NCBI RefSeq assembly: GCF_963921235.1
Contig: NC_086118.1
Span: forward strand, 13,642,001 to 13,706,000
DNA from: Mobula hypostoma
Taxonomy: Eukaryota
Direction of reading: 5' to 3'
DNA: 64,000 nt
Of this stretch, positions 38,574 through 50,675 are shown piece after piece (position 1 is the stretch's first letter; every line of letters starts with the position of its first letter). A program made the position numbers and the translations under genes. Below the pieces are notes generated by a model, which was given only the letters and a program-made list of their open reading frames with translations, ran no database searches and was not told where the DNA came from.

Positions 38574-41481
38574 TCAGAACCCTGCACCAGCCTTCCCTTC
38601 ATACCCATTGATCCCTTTAGCCACAAGGGCCATATCTAACTCCCTCTTAAATATAACCAATGAATTGGCCTCAACTGTTTCCTGTGGCAGAGAATTCCAC
38701 AGGTTCACCACTCTTTGTGTGAAGAAGTTTTTCCTAATCTTGGTCCTAAAAGGTTTCCCCTTTTTCCTCAAACTGTGACCCCTCGTTCTGGACTTCCCCA
38801 ACATCGGGAACAATCTTGCTGCATCTGGCCTGTCCAATCCCTTTAGAATTTTATACGTTTGAATAAGATCTCCCTCCTTCTAAGTTCCAGCCAGTATAAG
38901 CCTAGTCGATCCAGTCTTTCTTCATATGAAAGTCCTGCCATCCCAGGAATAAATCTGGTGAACCTTCTTTGTACTCCCTCTATAGCAAGAATGTCTTTCC
39001 TCAGATTAGGGGACTAAAACTGCACACAATACTCCAGGTGTGGTCTCACCAAGGCCTTGTACAACTGCAGTAGTACCTCCCTGCTCCTGTACTCGAATCC
39101 TCTTGCTATAAATGCCAGCATACCATTCGCCTTTTTCACCGCCTGCTGTACCTGCATGCCCACTTTCAATGACTGGTGGATAATGACACCCAGGTCTCGT
39201 TGCACCTCCCCTTTTTCTAATTGGCCACCATTCAGATAATAATCTGTTTTCCTGTTTTTGCCACCAAAGTGGATAACTTCACATTTATCCACATTAAATT
39301 GCATCTGCCATGAATTTGCCCACTCACCTAACCTATCCAAGTCACCCTGCATCCTCCTAGCATCCTCCTCACAGCTACCACTGCCGCCCAGCTTCGTGTC
39401 ATCCGCAACTTGGAGATGCTGCATTTAATTCCCTCATCCAAGTTATTAATAAATATTGTAAACAACTGGGGTCCCAGCACTGATCCTTGCGGTACCCCAC
39501 TAGTCACTGCCTGCCATTCTGAAAAGCTCCCGTTTATTCCCACTCTTTGCTTCCTGTCTGCCAATCAATTCTCTATCCACATCAATACCTTACCCCCAAT
39601 ACCGTGTGCTTTAAGTTTGCACACTAATCTCCTGTGTGGGACCTTGTGTCAAAAGCCTTTTGAAAATCCAAATATACCACATCCACTGGTTCTCCCCTAT
39701 CCACTCTACTAGTTACATCCTCAAAAAGTTCTATGAGATTCGTCAGACTTGATTTTCCTTTCACAAATCCATGCTGACTTTGTCCGATGATTTCACCGTT
39801 TTCCAAATGTGCTGTTATCACACCTTTGATAACTGACTCTAGCAGTTTCCCCACCACTGATGTTAGGCTAACCAGTCTATAATTCCCTGATTTCTCTCTC
39901 CCTCCTTTTTTTAAAAAGTGGGGTTGCATTAGCCACCCTCCAATCCTCAGGAACTAGTCCAGAATCTAAAGAGGTTTGAAAAATTATCACTAATGCATCC
40001 ACTATTTCTTGGGCTACTTCCTTAAGTACTCTGGGATGCAGACCATCTGGCCCTGGGGATTTATCTGCCTTTAATCCCTTCAATTTACCTAACACCACTT
40101 CCCTACTAACATGTATTTCCCTCAGTTCCTCCATCTCACTGGACCCTCTGTCCCTTACTATTTCCGGAAGATTATTTATGTCCTCCTTAGTGAAGACAAA
40201 ACCAAAGTAATTATTCAATTGGTCTGCCATGTCCTTGCTCCCCATAATCAATTCACCTGTTTCTGTCTGTAGAGGACCTACATTTGTCTTAACCAATCTT
40301 TTTCTTTTTACATATCTATAAAAGCTTTAACAGTCAGTTTTTATGTTCTCTGCCAGTTTTCTCTCATAATCTTTTTTCCCCTTCCTAATTAAGCCCTTTG
40401 TCCTCCTCTGCTGAACTCTGAATTTCTCCCAGTCCTCAAGTGAGCCACTTTTTCTGGCTAATTTTTATGCTTCTTCTTTGGAATTGATACTATCCCTAAT
40501 TTCCCTTGTCAGCCACGGGTGCACTACCTTCCTTGATTTATCCTTTTGCCAAACTGGGATGAACAATTGTTGTAGTTCATCCATGTGATCTTTAAATGCT
40601 TGCCATTGCATATCCACCATCAACCCTTTAAGTGTCATTTGCCAGTCTATCTTAGCTAATTCACATCTCATACCTTCAAAGTTACCCTTCTTTAAGTTCA
40701 GAACCTTTGTTTCTGAATTAACTATGTCACTCTCCATCTTAATGAAGAATTCCACCATATTATGGTCACTCTTACCCAAGGGGCCTCTCACGACAAGATT
40801 GCTAATTAACCCTTCCTCATTGCTCAATACCCAGTCTAGAATAGCCTGCTCTCCAGTTGGTTCCTCCACATGTTGGTTCAAAAAACCATCCCGCATACAT
40901 TCCAAGAAATCCTCTTCCTCAGCACCCTTACCAATTTGGTTCACCCAATCTACATGTAGATTGAAGTCACCCATTATAACTGCTGTTCCTTTATTGCACA
41001 CATTTCTAATTTCCTGTTTAATACCATCCCCAACCTCACTATTACTGTTTGGTGGCCTGAACACAACTCCCACCAGCGTTTTCTATCCCTTAGTGTTATG
41101 CAGCTCTACCCATATCGATTCCACATCTTCCCGGCTAATGTCCTTCCTTTCTATTGTGTTAATATCCTCTCTAACCAGCAACGCCACCCCACCTCCTTTT
41201 CTTTCATGTCTATCCCTCCTGAATATTGGATATCTCTGAATGTTGAGCTCCCATCCTTGGTCACCCTGGAGCCATGTCTCTGTGATCCTAACTATACCAT
41301 ATTCATTAATAACAATCTGCACTTTTAATTCATCCATCTTGTTACGAATGCTCCTTGCATTGACACACAAAGCCTTCAGGCGCTCTTTTACAACTCTCTT
41401 AGCCCTTATACTATTATGTTGAAAAGTGGCCCTTTTTAATGCTTGCCCTGGATTTGTCGGCCTGCCACTTTTACTTTTCAC
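38574..41481 (-). pseudogene. CR1 ORF2 (APE + RT), disrupted
   Basis: [59 protein letters not shown]. Confidence 0.92.
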
Positions 41482-41609
41482 CTTACTACTTTTTGCTTCT
41501 ACCCTCAGTTTACACCCCTCTGTCTCACTGCACTGGTTCCCATCCCCCTGTCGTGAACTAACCTCCTCTCGCCTAGCCTCTTTAATTTAATTCCCACCCC
41601 CCAACCATT

Positions 41610-42569
41610 CTAGTTTAAAGTCACCTCAGTAGCCCTCGCTAATCTCCCTGCCAGGATATTGGTCCCCCTAGGATTCAAGTGTAACCCATCCTTTTTGTAC
41701 AGGTCACGCCTGCGCCAAAAGAGGTCCCAATGATCCAAAAACTTGAATCCTTGCCCCCTGCTCCAATCCCTCAGCCACGCATTTATCCTCCATCTCATCG
41801 CATTCCTACTCTCACTGTCGCGTGGCACAGGCAGTAATCCCGAGATTACTACCTTTGCGGTCCTTTTTCTCAACTCCCTTCCTAGCTCCCTATATTCTCC
41901 TTTCAGGACCTCTTCCCTTTTCCTACCTATGTCATTGGTACCTATATGTACCACGACCTCTGGCTCCTCACCCTCCCACTTCAGGATATCTTGGACGATC
42001 AGAAATATCCCGGACCCTGGCACCAGGAAGGCAAACTACCATCCAGGTCTCTGGACTGCGTCCACAGAATCGCCTATCTGACCCCCTTACTATCGAGTCC
42101 CCTATCACAACTGCCCTCCTCTTCCTTGCCCTACCCTTCTGAGCTACAGGGCCGGATTCTGTGCCAGAGGCACGGCCACTGTCGCTTCCCCCAGGTAAGC
42201 TGTCCCCCCCAACAGTACTCAAACAGGAGTACCTATTGTCAAGGGGCACAGCCACTGGGGTACTCTCTATTACCTGACTCTTCCCCTTCCCCCTCCTAAC
42301 CGTGACCCACTGGTCTGCCTCCCGTGGCCCCGGTGTGACCACCTGCCTGTAACTCCTCTCTATCAACTCTCACTCTCCCTGACCAGACGAAGGTCATCAA
42401 GCTGCAGTTCCAGTTCCCTAACGCGGTCCCTTAGGAGCTGCATCTCGGCGCACATGGCGCAGATGTGGACGTCCGGGAGGCTTGGAGACTCCAGGGCCTC
42501 CCACATCCGGCACCGAGAACAACAAACTGCCCTCACACTCATACTGCCCCTCTCCTCAAATAACAACAA
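41610..42569 (-). pseudogene. CR1 ORF1 (Zn finger/leucine zipper + SGNH esterase), disrupted
   Basis: CSRCRMW..HICAMC..LRDRVRELELQLDDL; GDSIVRG, CLPGARV, HIGTND, DGLHLN. Confidence 0.9.
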
Positions 42570-43379
42570 AAAATGAATACCAAACCTTCCTCGCCTCGCC
42601 CGTTTCCGCCTAAGCCCGGTGAGCCGAAGCCTTTAAGCCTTCACTCTGCTCCCGGCTCACTCCGCCGCCCGCAAACTACGCTGCCCGCTGTTTGAGGCTC
42701 TGTTCCTTTTAAATCTTCAGCCAGCTGCACATGGCTTGGTGCTCTGTCGTTGCCAAGAAAATTTTCAACAACATTCTTGAATGCCTTCCAAGTGATTTTC
42801 TTGGGATCTACAAGAAGGTCTTTGAATTTCCTGTCATTGATGACCTGTTTGACTTGTGGACCAAAAAAAATTTCTTCCATTATCTTGGCGTCAGTCATAC
42901 TGGGAAACATCTGTCCCAAATATCGAAATCCTTCACAGAAATTTGTAGCCTTTCTAAAATTTGGCCTGCAACGTCTGCCGTGCCTAAACATGCCCAAGCA
43001 TGCCTGAACAAGAGAGAACATTTTTCAGCTTACATTGTGGGCAACATTTTATTCAACGTGAATTATGAATTGAAATAACAAATATAAGCAATTTCAAAAA
43101 AATGGTGCATGATACTGAAATTTCATGGTGATTTTCATGATCAGCAGCTCAAACTCCATAAGATGCACCCACAAGTGTTCAGGAAGCAAAATCTTTGTTG
43201 TCCAGTGTTATCTGTCATGGATCCCAAATTCTGTTTTCTTTAGGTCATCCAGTGTTGAAAAGGAAGGAAGGTCCAGAGATCTGCTCCCAGCTGTGACAAC
43301 AGCAAAACTTATCACCACAGCTATTAAGAATCATTATTATAAAGATGAAAGGAGGGAGAGTGCAGATGATGGAATTGGA

Positions 43380-44215
43380 GAAGAAAAACACTCTGCTGGA
43401 GGAACTCAGCAGGACAAGAATTATCTGTGGAATGGGAGGAACTGCTAATGTTTCAGGTCAAGGTATTACATCAGGACTGAGAGTGGAGAGAGATGATAGC
43501 CAGTATAGAATAAAGGAGTCGGAATGAGACAGAGGCCAGTAGCTGATAGGTGGACTGAGGGGTGAGAGGTGATGCGTGTATGGAGCCAGCTGAGGGAGGA
43601 GGAGCCATGGAGCTGGGAGACAGAGGCAGGTTGGTGGTAGGTGGAAGAGAACAAGAGGAAAAGAAAAGCAAATTGAGCTGAGTGGTAGGGGTTGAGATGG
43701 TAAAGGTGGAGACAGCTACAGGGTGGTGATTAGTGGGGACACAAGAAGCAAACAGCGCTGCAATCTGACTGGTAAAGAAGGAGATAGTGAAAACCAACAG
43801 CGGAGAGATGAAGGGTAAAAAGAGCTAAATGGAGGAGGAGACTCAGTAGGGTATCTGGTTGATGGGACCAGAGGGGAGGGGTTTTGAAATAGGTGATGGG
43901 GTGCTGGAGGGGGATAGATTTTCAAAAGAGTCAAATATGAGAGGACTGCAGGTTGATCAGAAGGAAAGAGAGGGGAATGCAGACAGTAAGAGTTGTAAAC
44001 ACAAAATACTCTGCAGATGCTGGGGTCAAAGCAACACTCGCAACACACTGGAGGAACTCAGCAGGTCGGGCAGCATCTGTGGAAACGTTGACTGATCATT
44101 TCCACGGATGCTGCCCGACCTGATGAGTTACTCCAGCGTGTTGTGAGACAGTAAGAGTTACTTGAGAATGGAGAATTCAGTATCCATTGGGCTGTGGACT
44201 ATCTAGCATGATGCA
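43380..44215 (-). mobile_element. Old PLE 3' end (GIY-YIG tail, pyrimidine-rich UTR, degenerate HHR) with a nested fold-back insertion
   Basis: pLTR ~43385-43480 (rc GTCCTGATGTAATACCTTGACCTGAAAC); 44160-44210 resembles the end of the PLE ORF. Confidence 0.65.
43995..44145. mobile_element. 151-bp fold-back PLE-pLTR mini-element with 14-bp TSD
   Basis: TSD AGACAGTAAGAGTT at 43981-43994 and 44146-44159; inverted arms ~44038-44082 and ~44101-44145. Confidence 0.85.
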
Positions 44216-44253
44216 GACCAACCAGAAAGTAGAAAACTAATCTAATCTAATCT

Positions 44254-44979
44254 AAGCAACACACATAAAAGTTGCTGGTGAATGCAGCAGGCCAGGCAGC
44301 ATCTGTAGGAAGAGGTGCAGTCGACGTTTCAGGCCGAGACCCTTCGTCAGGACTAACTGAAGGAAGAGTGAGTAAGGGATTTGAAAGTTGGATGGGGAGG
44401 GGGAGATCCAAAATGATAGGAGAAGACAGGAGGGGGAGGGATAGAGCCGAGAGCTGGACAGGTGATAGGCAAAAGGGATACGAGAGGCTCATGGGACAGG
44501 AGGTCCGGGAAGAAAGACAAGGGGGGGGGACCCAGAGGATGGGCAAGAGGTATATTCAGAGGGACAGAGGGAGAAAAAGGAGAGTGAGAGAAAGAATATG
44601 TGCATAAAAATAAGTAACAGATGGGGTACAAGGGGGAGGTGGGCCCTTAGCGGAAGTTAGAGAAGTCGATGTTCATGCCATCAGGTTGGAGGCTACCCAG
44701 ATGGGATATAAGGTGTTGTTCCTCCAACCTGAGCGTGGCTTCATCTTTACAGTAGAGGAGGCCGTGGATAGACATGTCAGAATGGGAATGGGATGTCCCC
44801 CTCCCCCTCCAACTTTCAAATCCCTTACTCACTCTTCCTTCGGTTTGTCCTGACGAAGGGTCTTGGCCTGAAACGTCGACTGCACCTCTTCCTACAGATG
44901 CTGCCTGGCCTGCTGCGTTCACCAGCAACTTTTATGTGTGTTGCTTGAATTTCCAGCATCTGCAGAATTCCTGTTGTTT
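44254..44979. mobile_element. 5'-truncated PLE with inverted pLTR and two HHRs, inside a (CTAAT)n tract
   Basis: 44254-44796 matches 52295-52837 (minus); 44797-44979 is an inverted copy; HHRs at 44318-44359(-) and 44841-44882(+). Confidence 0.92.
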
Positions 44980-45649
44980 TTGTTTTTTTTCTAATCTAAT
45001 CTAATCTAAACTAGTCTAATCTAATCTAATCTAACTATTTGATCAACTGTTTAGTTCCATACATTGTTTTGTCAACATAAACTTGTTTAACACCCTGGGA
45101 AAGGTTTCACTGCTAATGCAATGGTCTTTCTGTAGAAGCCGTGTTTGGGTTATTGTTAGAGGTAATGAATGCTTTGGAATGTGAGCCATCTAATGAGGGG
45201 AGTGTGTTTTGTGTGCCTGATACTGGTGTGAACTGGGTCCTTTTGTTCAGCGGGAGAGGTAGAGAGAAGATGCTGCAGAGAACCAGTACAGGATTCAACA
45301 CAGTGGGGGATCATGATTCAATGGAGCAAAGTGCAGAGGTCTACTGAGGATCAATGACCTTTGGAAGAGTTGAGCTCCAACTTGTGCACATTTGACTGTT
45401 TAATTATAATAGGCCCCTTTTATTTTTTCTCTTTTCTTTACTAACCCTTTAGTTAAGATTCATAAATATAATTCCTTTAATCATATGCAGTATGCTGTCT
45501 GTTATTTTGTGACACTGAGTTGTAACAGGGTAGCAGACGACACAGCATCCACACAAACCGAGGTTTGGGGTGGAAGAGCCGTCTCAGTCTCCCTGGTTTG
45601 GCGGGACCAGAGTGAGTATTCCCTAGATTTACGCAGCCAAGGAAACCTA

Positions 45650-46175
45650 AGGACCCTGGATACAGGCCCTTCAGCCCAACAAGTCCATGCTGACCACAGT
45701 GCCAATTTACCTGGTACCAATGCCTGCATTCATTCCATTCTACCTATGAAAGTGCTTATTATATGATATTATACTGCATCAACATTTCTTCTGACAGCTC
45801 GTTCTGTATACTCACCACCCTTTCAAGTTCCTTTTAATCTTTCCCTTCTCACCCTAAGCTTATGCTCCCTACCCTGAGGAAAGGTATGCAATTGGCCATT
45901 TTATCTATGCCTTTCAATTTTAAACATTTCTTTGAAATCGCCCCTCACTGTCCTATGTTCCAAGGAATAAAGAACTCCAGTCTTGCCAACCTCCTCCTAT
46001 AACTCAGGCCCTCTTGTTCTGGCAGTAAACCTTTCTGCACTCTTTCCAATTTAACCACGTTTCCTATAACAGGGTGACGAAAACCGTACGTAGTAGTCTA
46101 ATAGAGGCCTCAACAATGATCTACAGACCTGCAACATAGTGTCCCAATTTCAATACTCAGTGCCTGACCAATGAG
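45650..46175 (-). mobile_element. CR1 3' fragment
   Basis: ACAGGCCCTTCAGCCCAAC tail motif and RT C-terminal remnant. Confidence 0.65.
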
Positions 46176-47699
46176 CTCAATGGTCAATCTAATGGAAAAG
46201 TGAGAAACTTTGATAGTAATTCTAACATTAAGTGTGCAGAGAAAAAACTAGAAAAGATTTGATGTTTAATAACTGCTGTTTAATGATCAGCTGATTTAAC
46301 TAGACTAGCTCAGTTGAGCAACTCATTGAAGGCCCTGAACCTAACTACGGGAACAAAGTTGTTTCAACATTGACTAAACTGAGAACAAAGGAAGCAAGAC
46401 CATATTAGCCTGAACTTTAACTGAGTGTTGTGATTACACTGTTACATTTCTAATAATATTTGGATTTCTTTCTTCAGTGCACTCAGAAGCCGAAGAATTT
46501 AGGTTTTCTAAAATATTTATATCTTTGTTCTGAACCCATTGATTATGAATTCAGTGTTGCTTCATGTGGATCATTTGCTCAGCTCTGACTTTCATCACTT
46601 ACCTATTGCCCAAGGCTCAGTCTCAGATTTCCTCCTCGAGTTGCTTCTCTTTTTCTCTGCTTATTTGTCATTCAGAAAATCAATCACCATGACCAAACCT
46701 AATCCTTTCATCTGCTCGTTGTCAATTTTTCTTCGATTCCAGTCCTGCTAACCTGCTCGTGTCAACAGCAAGTCTTTGCTGAATTACTCATTACTTAGAT
46801 TGAAAAATGCATTCAGTACCAAACTATATCAGAAGGAAGGGCATTCAAAAATGGAAAATTTACATCATTGCATCTCTTGAAGGTCGCAAGGATCTTCCTG
46901 CATTCCCTAAACGGGGGGATACAGTGCTGCTTCACAAACTACTCAAGAAAGAGTTAAAAGCAAGTCTTCCTAAGTAATCTGATCGATGGCCAGGTAAGTT
47001 GTGGCTGCACTAATTTCACAACTGAATCTCACTGGGATCCAGGCTCTGCGGAAAATCCTGACTGAGTAGCGACCATGTCATTCTCTGGGCTGCTGGCCTT
47101 AAAATTACCACTGGGTGAATGGGTTTTTAGCTCTATTTTCAGTCGGGGGGGCCAGGTATAAACCTATGGCTGGGCTGTGTAGGAGTTGCGATGCATGCAA
47201 ATACCAGCTTCACCTTGGATGCCCTTGACTTTACTTGTTCTTGGGCAAGTGAGAATTTACCAATGAATGCATTTATGATGCCCCTGCAATCCTTTCATCA
47301 CCTTAAAGAAGAAAAACAAATGCTGTTCTGTGGCAACTTTCATGAGATCAAGATGGCTTGAAAGTGCTTCTTAGGCAATAAACGACGCACAAAATATGGC
47401 CACTGATCTAATATATTAAAGGAGAGATTATTGATTTGTCTACAGAAAGGTCAAAGAACAAAGGTGAATGCTGAACTAATTTGTTTATAGTATTTATGTA
47501 AATATTAGCTGGGACGCTGGGAAACTCCTGATACTACGATGCACTTTACACACCTGCCCAAGAAAGAAGCTGAGCTTGTCAGACCATTCATGTCTTCCAA
47601 CTCAATCCCTTCCCTCTGCAGACACTCTGCCCTGTAACTACAAGAGGTACAATACTTGGCTTTACTCCTTCTCCCTCACCATCATTGGGGCACTCAACA

Positions 47700-48350
47700 G
47701 CCCTGCCAGCAGGTGAAGCAGTATTTCACATCCACGTTATTGATTCCCAGCAGCCAGCTAGTTTAATTTGCTTCCCAATTCTTGCACCAACATGCCTGTC
47801 CTCGGCCTGTTCCATTGCCAAGTGGAGGTTAAATGCAAACTGGAGGAACAGCAACACCAATTCCACCTGAGTCATCTACAAACTGACCGCATGGACGTTG
47901 AACTCTCCAACTTCAAGTAATTGCTCCCCTTCCGCCCCATTTTCTCTCTGTTCCAGATCCACCTGTCTCCATCACTGTGCCTCTTTCCTTTTGTCCACCT
48001 GCTCCATCTGGCCATTCTCCACTACTCCACACTTCTCTGCCTTCATGCCATGCTCCTCCATTGTCTCCCATCAGATTCCATCACCTTCAGCTATCACCAC
48101 CCAGCTTCTGTTACCGTTCGCACACTCCTTACACCCCTCAGTCTATTATTGCCCACACCTACCTATTATCTGCCAGTTCCTGCTCCACTCATTCTTCTCA
48201 CCTCTATAGACAGGCTATCTCCTCTCCACCTTTCAGTTCACATGAAGGGTCCCAATCTGAAATATTAACTGTCCATTTCCCTGCATAGACACTACCTTCT
48301 ATCTGACCCATTGAGTTTCTCCAGCTATTTGTTTGTTGCTCTGACTTTCA
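47700..48350 (+). mobile_element. Old PLE 3' end with degenerate HHR
   Basis: KLEEQQHQFHLSHLQTDRMDVELSNFK* matches the intact ORF end (RLEEQHLIFRLGSLQPDGMNIDFSNFR*); CATGAAGGGTCCCAATCTGAAAT at ~48241. Confidence 0.8.
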
Positions 48351-48542
48351 GTTTCAGTTTTTTGTGTCTCAAGTTGAGATTTTAGTCTAGTGTCTTTGCC
48401 TGTGGACATTATTCTGAAAATCTAACCTCACTGTCACACGGCAGTGTTGGGCTTGATTAGGCATTATAATTGCTACAAGCAGACTTGAAGACATGACTTG
48501 CTGATTTAGAAACTAGAATCTTACCTCAGGGACATCCAGTTC

Positions 48543-49755
48543 TAGAACCATAGAACCATAGAACACTACAGAACAGAAAACAGACCATTCGTCCCTTCTA
48601 GTTTGTGCTGAAACTTTATTCCGCTAGTCCCATTGACCTGCATCCAGTCCATAACCCTCCAGACCTCTCCCATCCATGAATCTATCCAATTTATTCTTAT
48701 AACTTAAGAGTGAGCCCACATTTACCACATCAGATGGCAGCTCGTTCCACACTCCCACCACTCTCTGAGTGAAGAAGTTCCCCCTAATGTTCCCCCTAAA
48801 CCTTTCCCCTTTCACCCTAAAGCCATGTCCTCTCATATTTATCTCTCCTAATCTAAGTGGAAAGAGCCTATTCGCATATACTCTGTCTATACCCCTCATA
48901 ATTTTGTAAACCTCTATCAAATCTCCCCTGATTCTTCTATGCTCCAAGGAATAAAGTCCTAACCTGTTCAATCTTTCCCTGTAACTCAACTCCTGAAGAC
49001 GCGGCAACATCCTAGTAAATCATCTCTGCACTCTTTCAATCTTACTGATATCCTTCCTATAGTTAGGTGACCAGAACTGCTCACGATACTCCAAATTTGG
49101 CCTCACCAATGTCTTTTACAAACTCATCATAACATCCCAACTCCTATACTCAATACTCTGATTTATGAGTACCAGGATACCAAAAGCCTTCTTTACAACC
49201 CTGTCTACCTGTTGTTGTGTTGGACATGTGGCCAAGTGGTTATGGTGTTCATCTAGTGATCTGAAGGTCGCTAGTTCAAGCCTCAGCTGTGGTGTGTTTG
49301 TGTCCTTGAGCAAGGCACTTAACCACACATTACTCTAGCGCCCCACACAGACTTCCAATCTGCGCCTTGTAAGGCATGAAAATACCTGGCACAGGCCTCT
49401 CATGGTCTGAGTCGACGTTCCCTCCCTCCCCTCCTCCTGTCTACCTGTGATGCCACTTTCACGGAATTATGTATCTGAACTCCCAGATCTCTTTGTTCCT
49501 CTGCACTCCTCAGTGCCCTACCATTTACTGTATGTCTTACCTTGATTTGTCCTTCCAAAATGCAACACCTCACACTTGTCTGCATTAAATTCCAGCTGTC
49601 ATTTTCTAGCCCATTTTTCCATTTGGTCCAGATCCCTCTGCAAGCTCTGAAAGCCTTCCTCGCTGTCCGCAACGCCTCCAATCTTAGTGTCATCAGCAAA
49701 CTTGCTGATCCAATTTACCACATTGTCATCTAGGTCATTGATATAAACAACAAAC
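48543..49755 (-). mobile_element. CR1 3' portion interrupted by a SINE
   Basis: ORF 48624-49010 (LYSLEHRRIRGDLIEVYKIMRG..FFTQRVV); tail (TTCTATGG)n. Confidence 0.88.
49213..49435 (+). mobile_element. tRNA-derived SINE with 13-bp TSD
   Basis: A box TGGCCAAGTGG, B box-like AGTTCAAGCC, CORE-like GTGTCCTTGAGCAAGGCACTTAACC; TSD CCTGTCTACCTGT at 49200-49212 and 49436-49448. Confidence 0.85.
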
Positions 49756-50456
49756 AAGTTCAAGTTCTATTATCATTTGACCATACATAAATATAGCCAA
49801 ATGAAACAGTGCTCCCCCAGGGCCAAGGTGCAAAACACTTCACCAACATAGTGCAAATAACATACATAGTTACAATTTCAGAAAAAGAACAGTCACAAAG
49901 AGAACAAGATAATATAGCCCAAATAACTGGACGAGTTGTCCAGCTTGCTCTTCCACCAAGTGAACAGCAGAGGGCAGCACCTAGCAAACACCACAGGGAA
50001 ACTATGAGCTTCTTGCTTGAGTACAATGCAATAACATCTGAACCAGAACTTGGATCAGAAAATCACATATCCAAGCCTTAACTTTAAATGATCTTGTCAC
50101 TTCATTCAATCTGTTCCCTCAACTTGTATTGTAGCCTGAGACTGCACTTTCTGCAACCCCCTACTCCATACACCCTTCTTCTCTCCCCCCATCTCCAATC
50201 CTAGTTTCAAGACCTCCAATGACTTGCTCTTGTATCACAATTTGGTATTGTGCAGGATTTTGGAAAGATTTAAGCAATGAGATCTGCTGTTAAGCTTAGC
50301 AGTGCCCAGTCTTGCCAGGGTTACTAATGACAATTTATTTTTTTCAGAATGCTTGATTCTACAGCTCATAATAAATGCCAAAGCTCTAGTATTACCGAAT
50401 ATTTTTATTCATCACAGGATACCAATACAATCAGGTATTTATCATATCCCTAACTG

Positions 50457-50675
50457 ATGCCAGTTAGTGGTGCAGTGGCATCAGCAATGGACTCTGAGGT
50501 AGATGGCCCTGAGTTCGAATCTGGCCAGGGTCCCAATCTGGGCAGCCCCAGTGTCTGTGCTGAAGAAAGATCTGGCAACCTATTTCTGTATTTTGCCACA
50601 AAAGCCCGCTGAACAACTCTATCCACAGTGTTGTCTTGAGTCGACGGTGACTCGCTGGCATCCAGCAACAACAAC
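50457..50675 (+). mobile_element. tRNA-derived SINE with RTE-like (CAA)n tail
   Basis: A box TGGTGCAGTGG, B box GTTCGAATC; 3' end GAGTCGACGGTGACTCG..CAGCAACAACAAC. Confidence 0.75.

Larger units (their letters stand above)
38474..42716 (-). mobile_element. Near full-length CR1 LINE
   Basis: GC-rich 5'UTR, ORF1, ORF2, 3'UTR and (TTCTATG)n-like tail at ~38474-38500; few disabling mutations. Confidence 0.95.
38009..43207 (-). mobile_element. Chapaev3-like DNA transposon (internally deleted), split by a CR1 insertion
   Basis: 42717-42960 rc: QMFPSMTDAKIMEEIFFGPQV..WKAFKNVVENFLGN..VQLA; continues at 38473-38270 rc: NMLQ..CNVSLKIHFLHFHLDF..NLGTVSD..MEKWYRGNWNPSMLVDYCWT. Ends CACTGGACAACAAA (rc, 43207) and CTCCAGACAACAAA (38009). 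Confidence 0.8.

Noticed and set aside
44247..44928. Recurring peptides MLVNAAGQAASVGRGAVDVSGRDPSSG / PDEGSRPETST (also at 2431 and 52271) as a small gene family
   Set aside because: They are translations of the non-coding PLE pLTR/HHR repeat.
45131..45650. Possible solo LTR
   Set aside because: No clear CA end or TSD, and no second copy in the window.
46880..47000. Plus-strand exon candidate ending CAG|GTAAGT
   Set aside because: All three frames contain stops; no other support.
49213..49290. tRNA gene (also at ~50460-50530)
   Set aside because: Only A/B boxes with no full cloverleaf; followed by a SINE body and tail.
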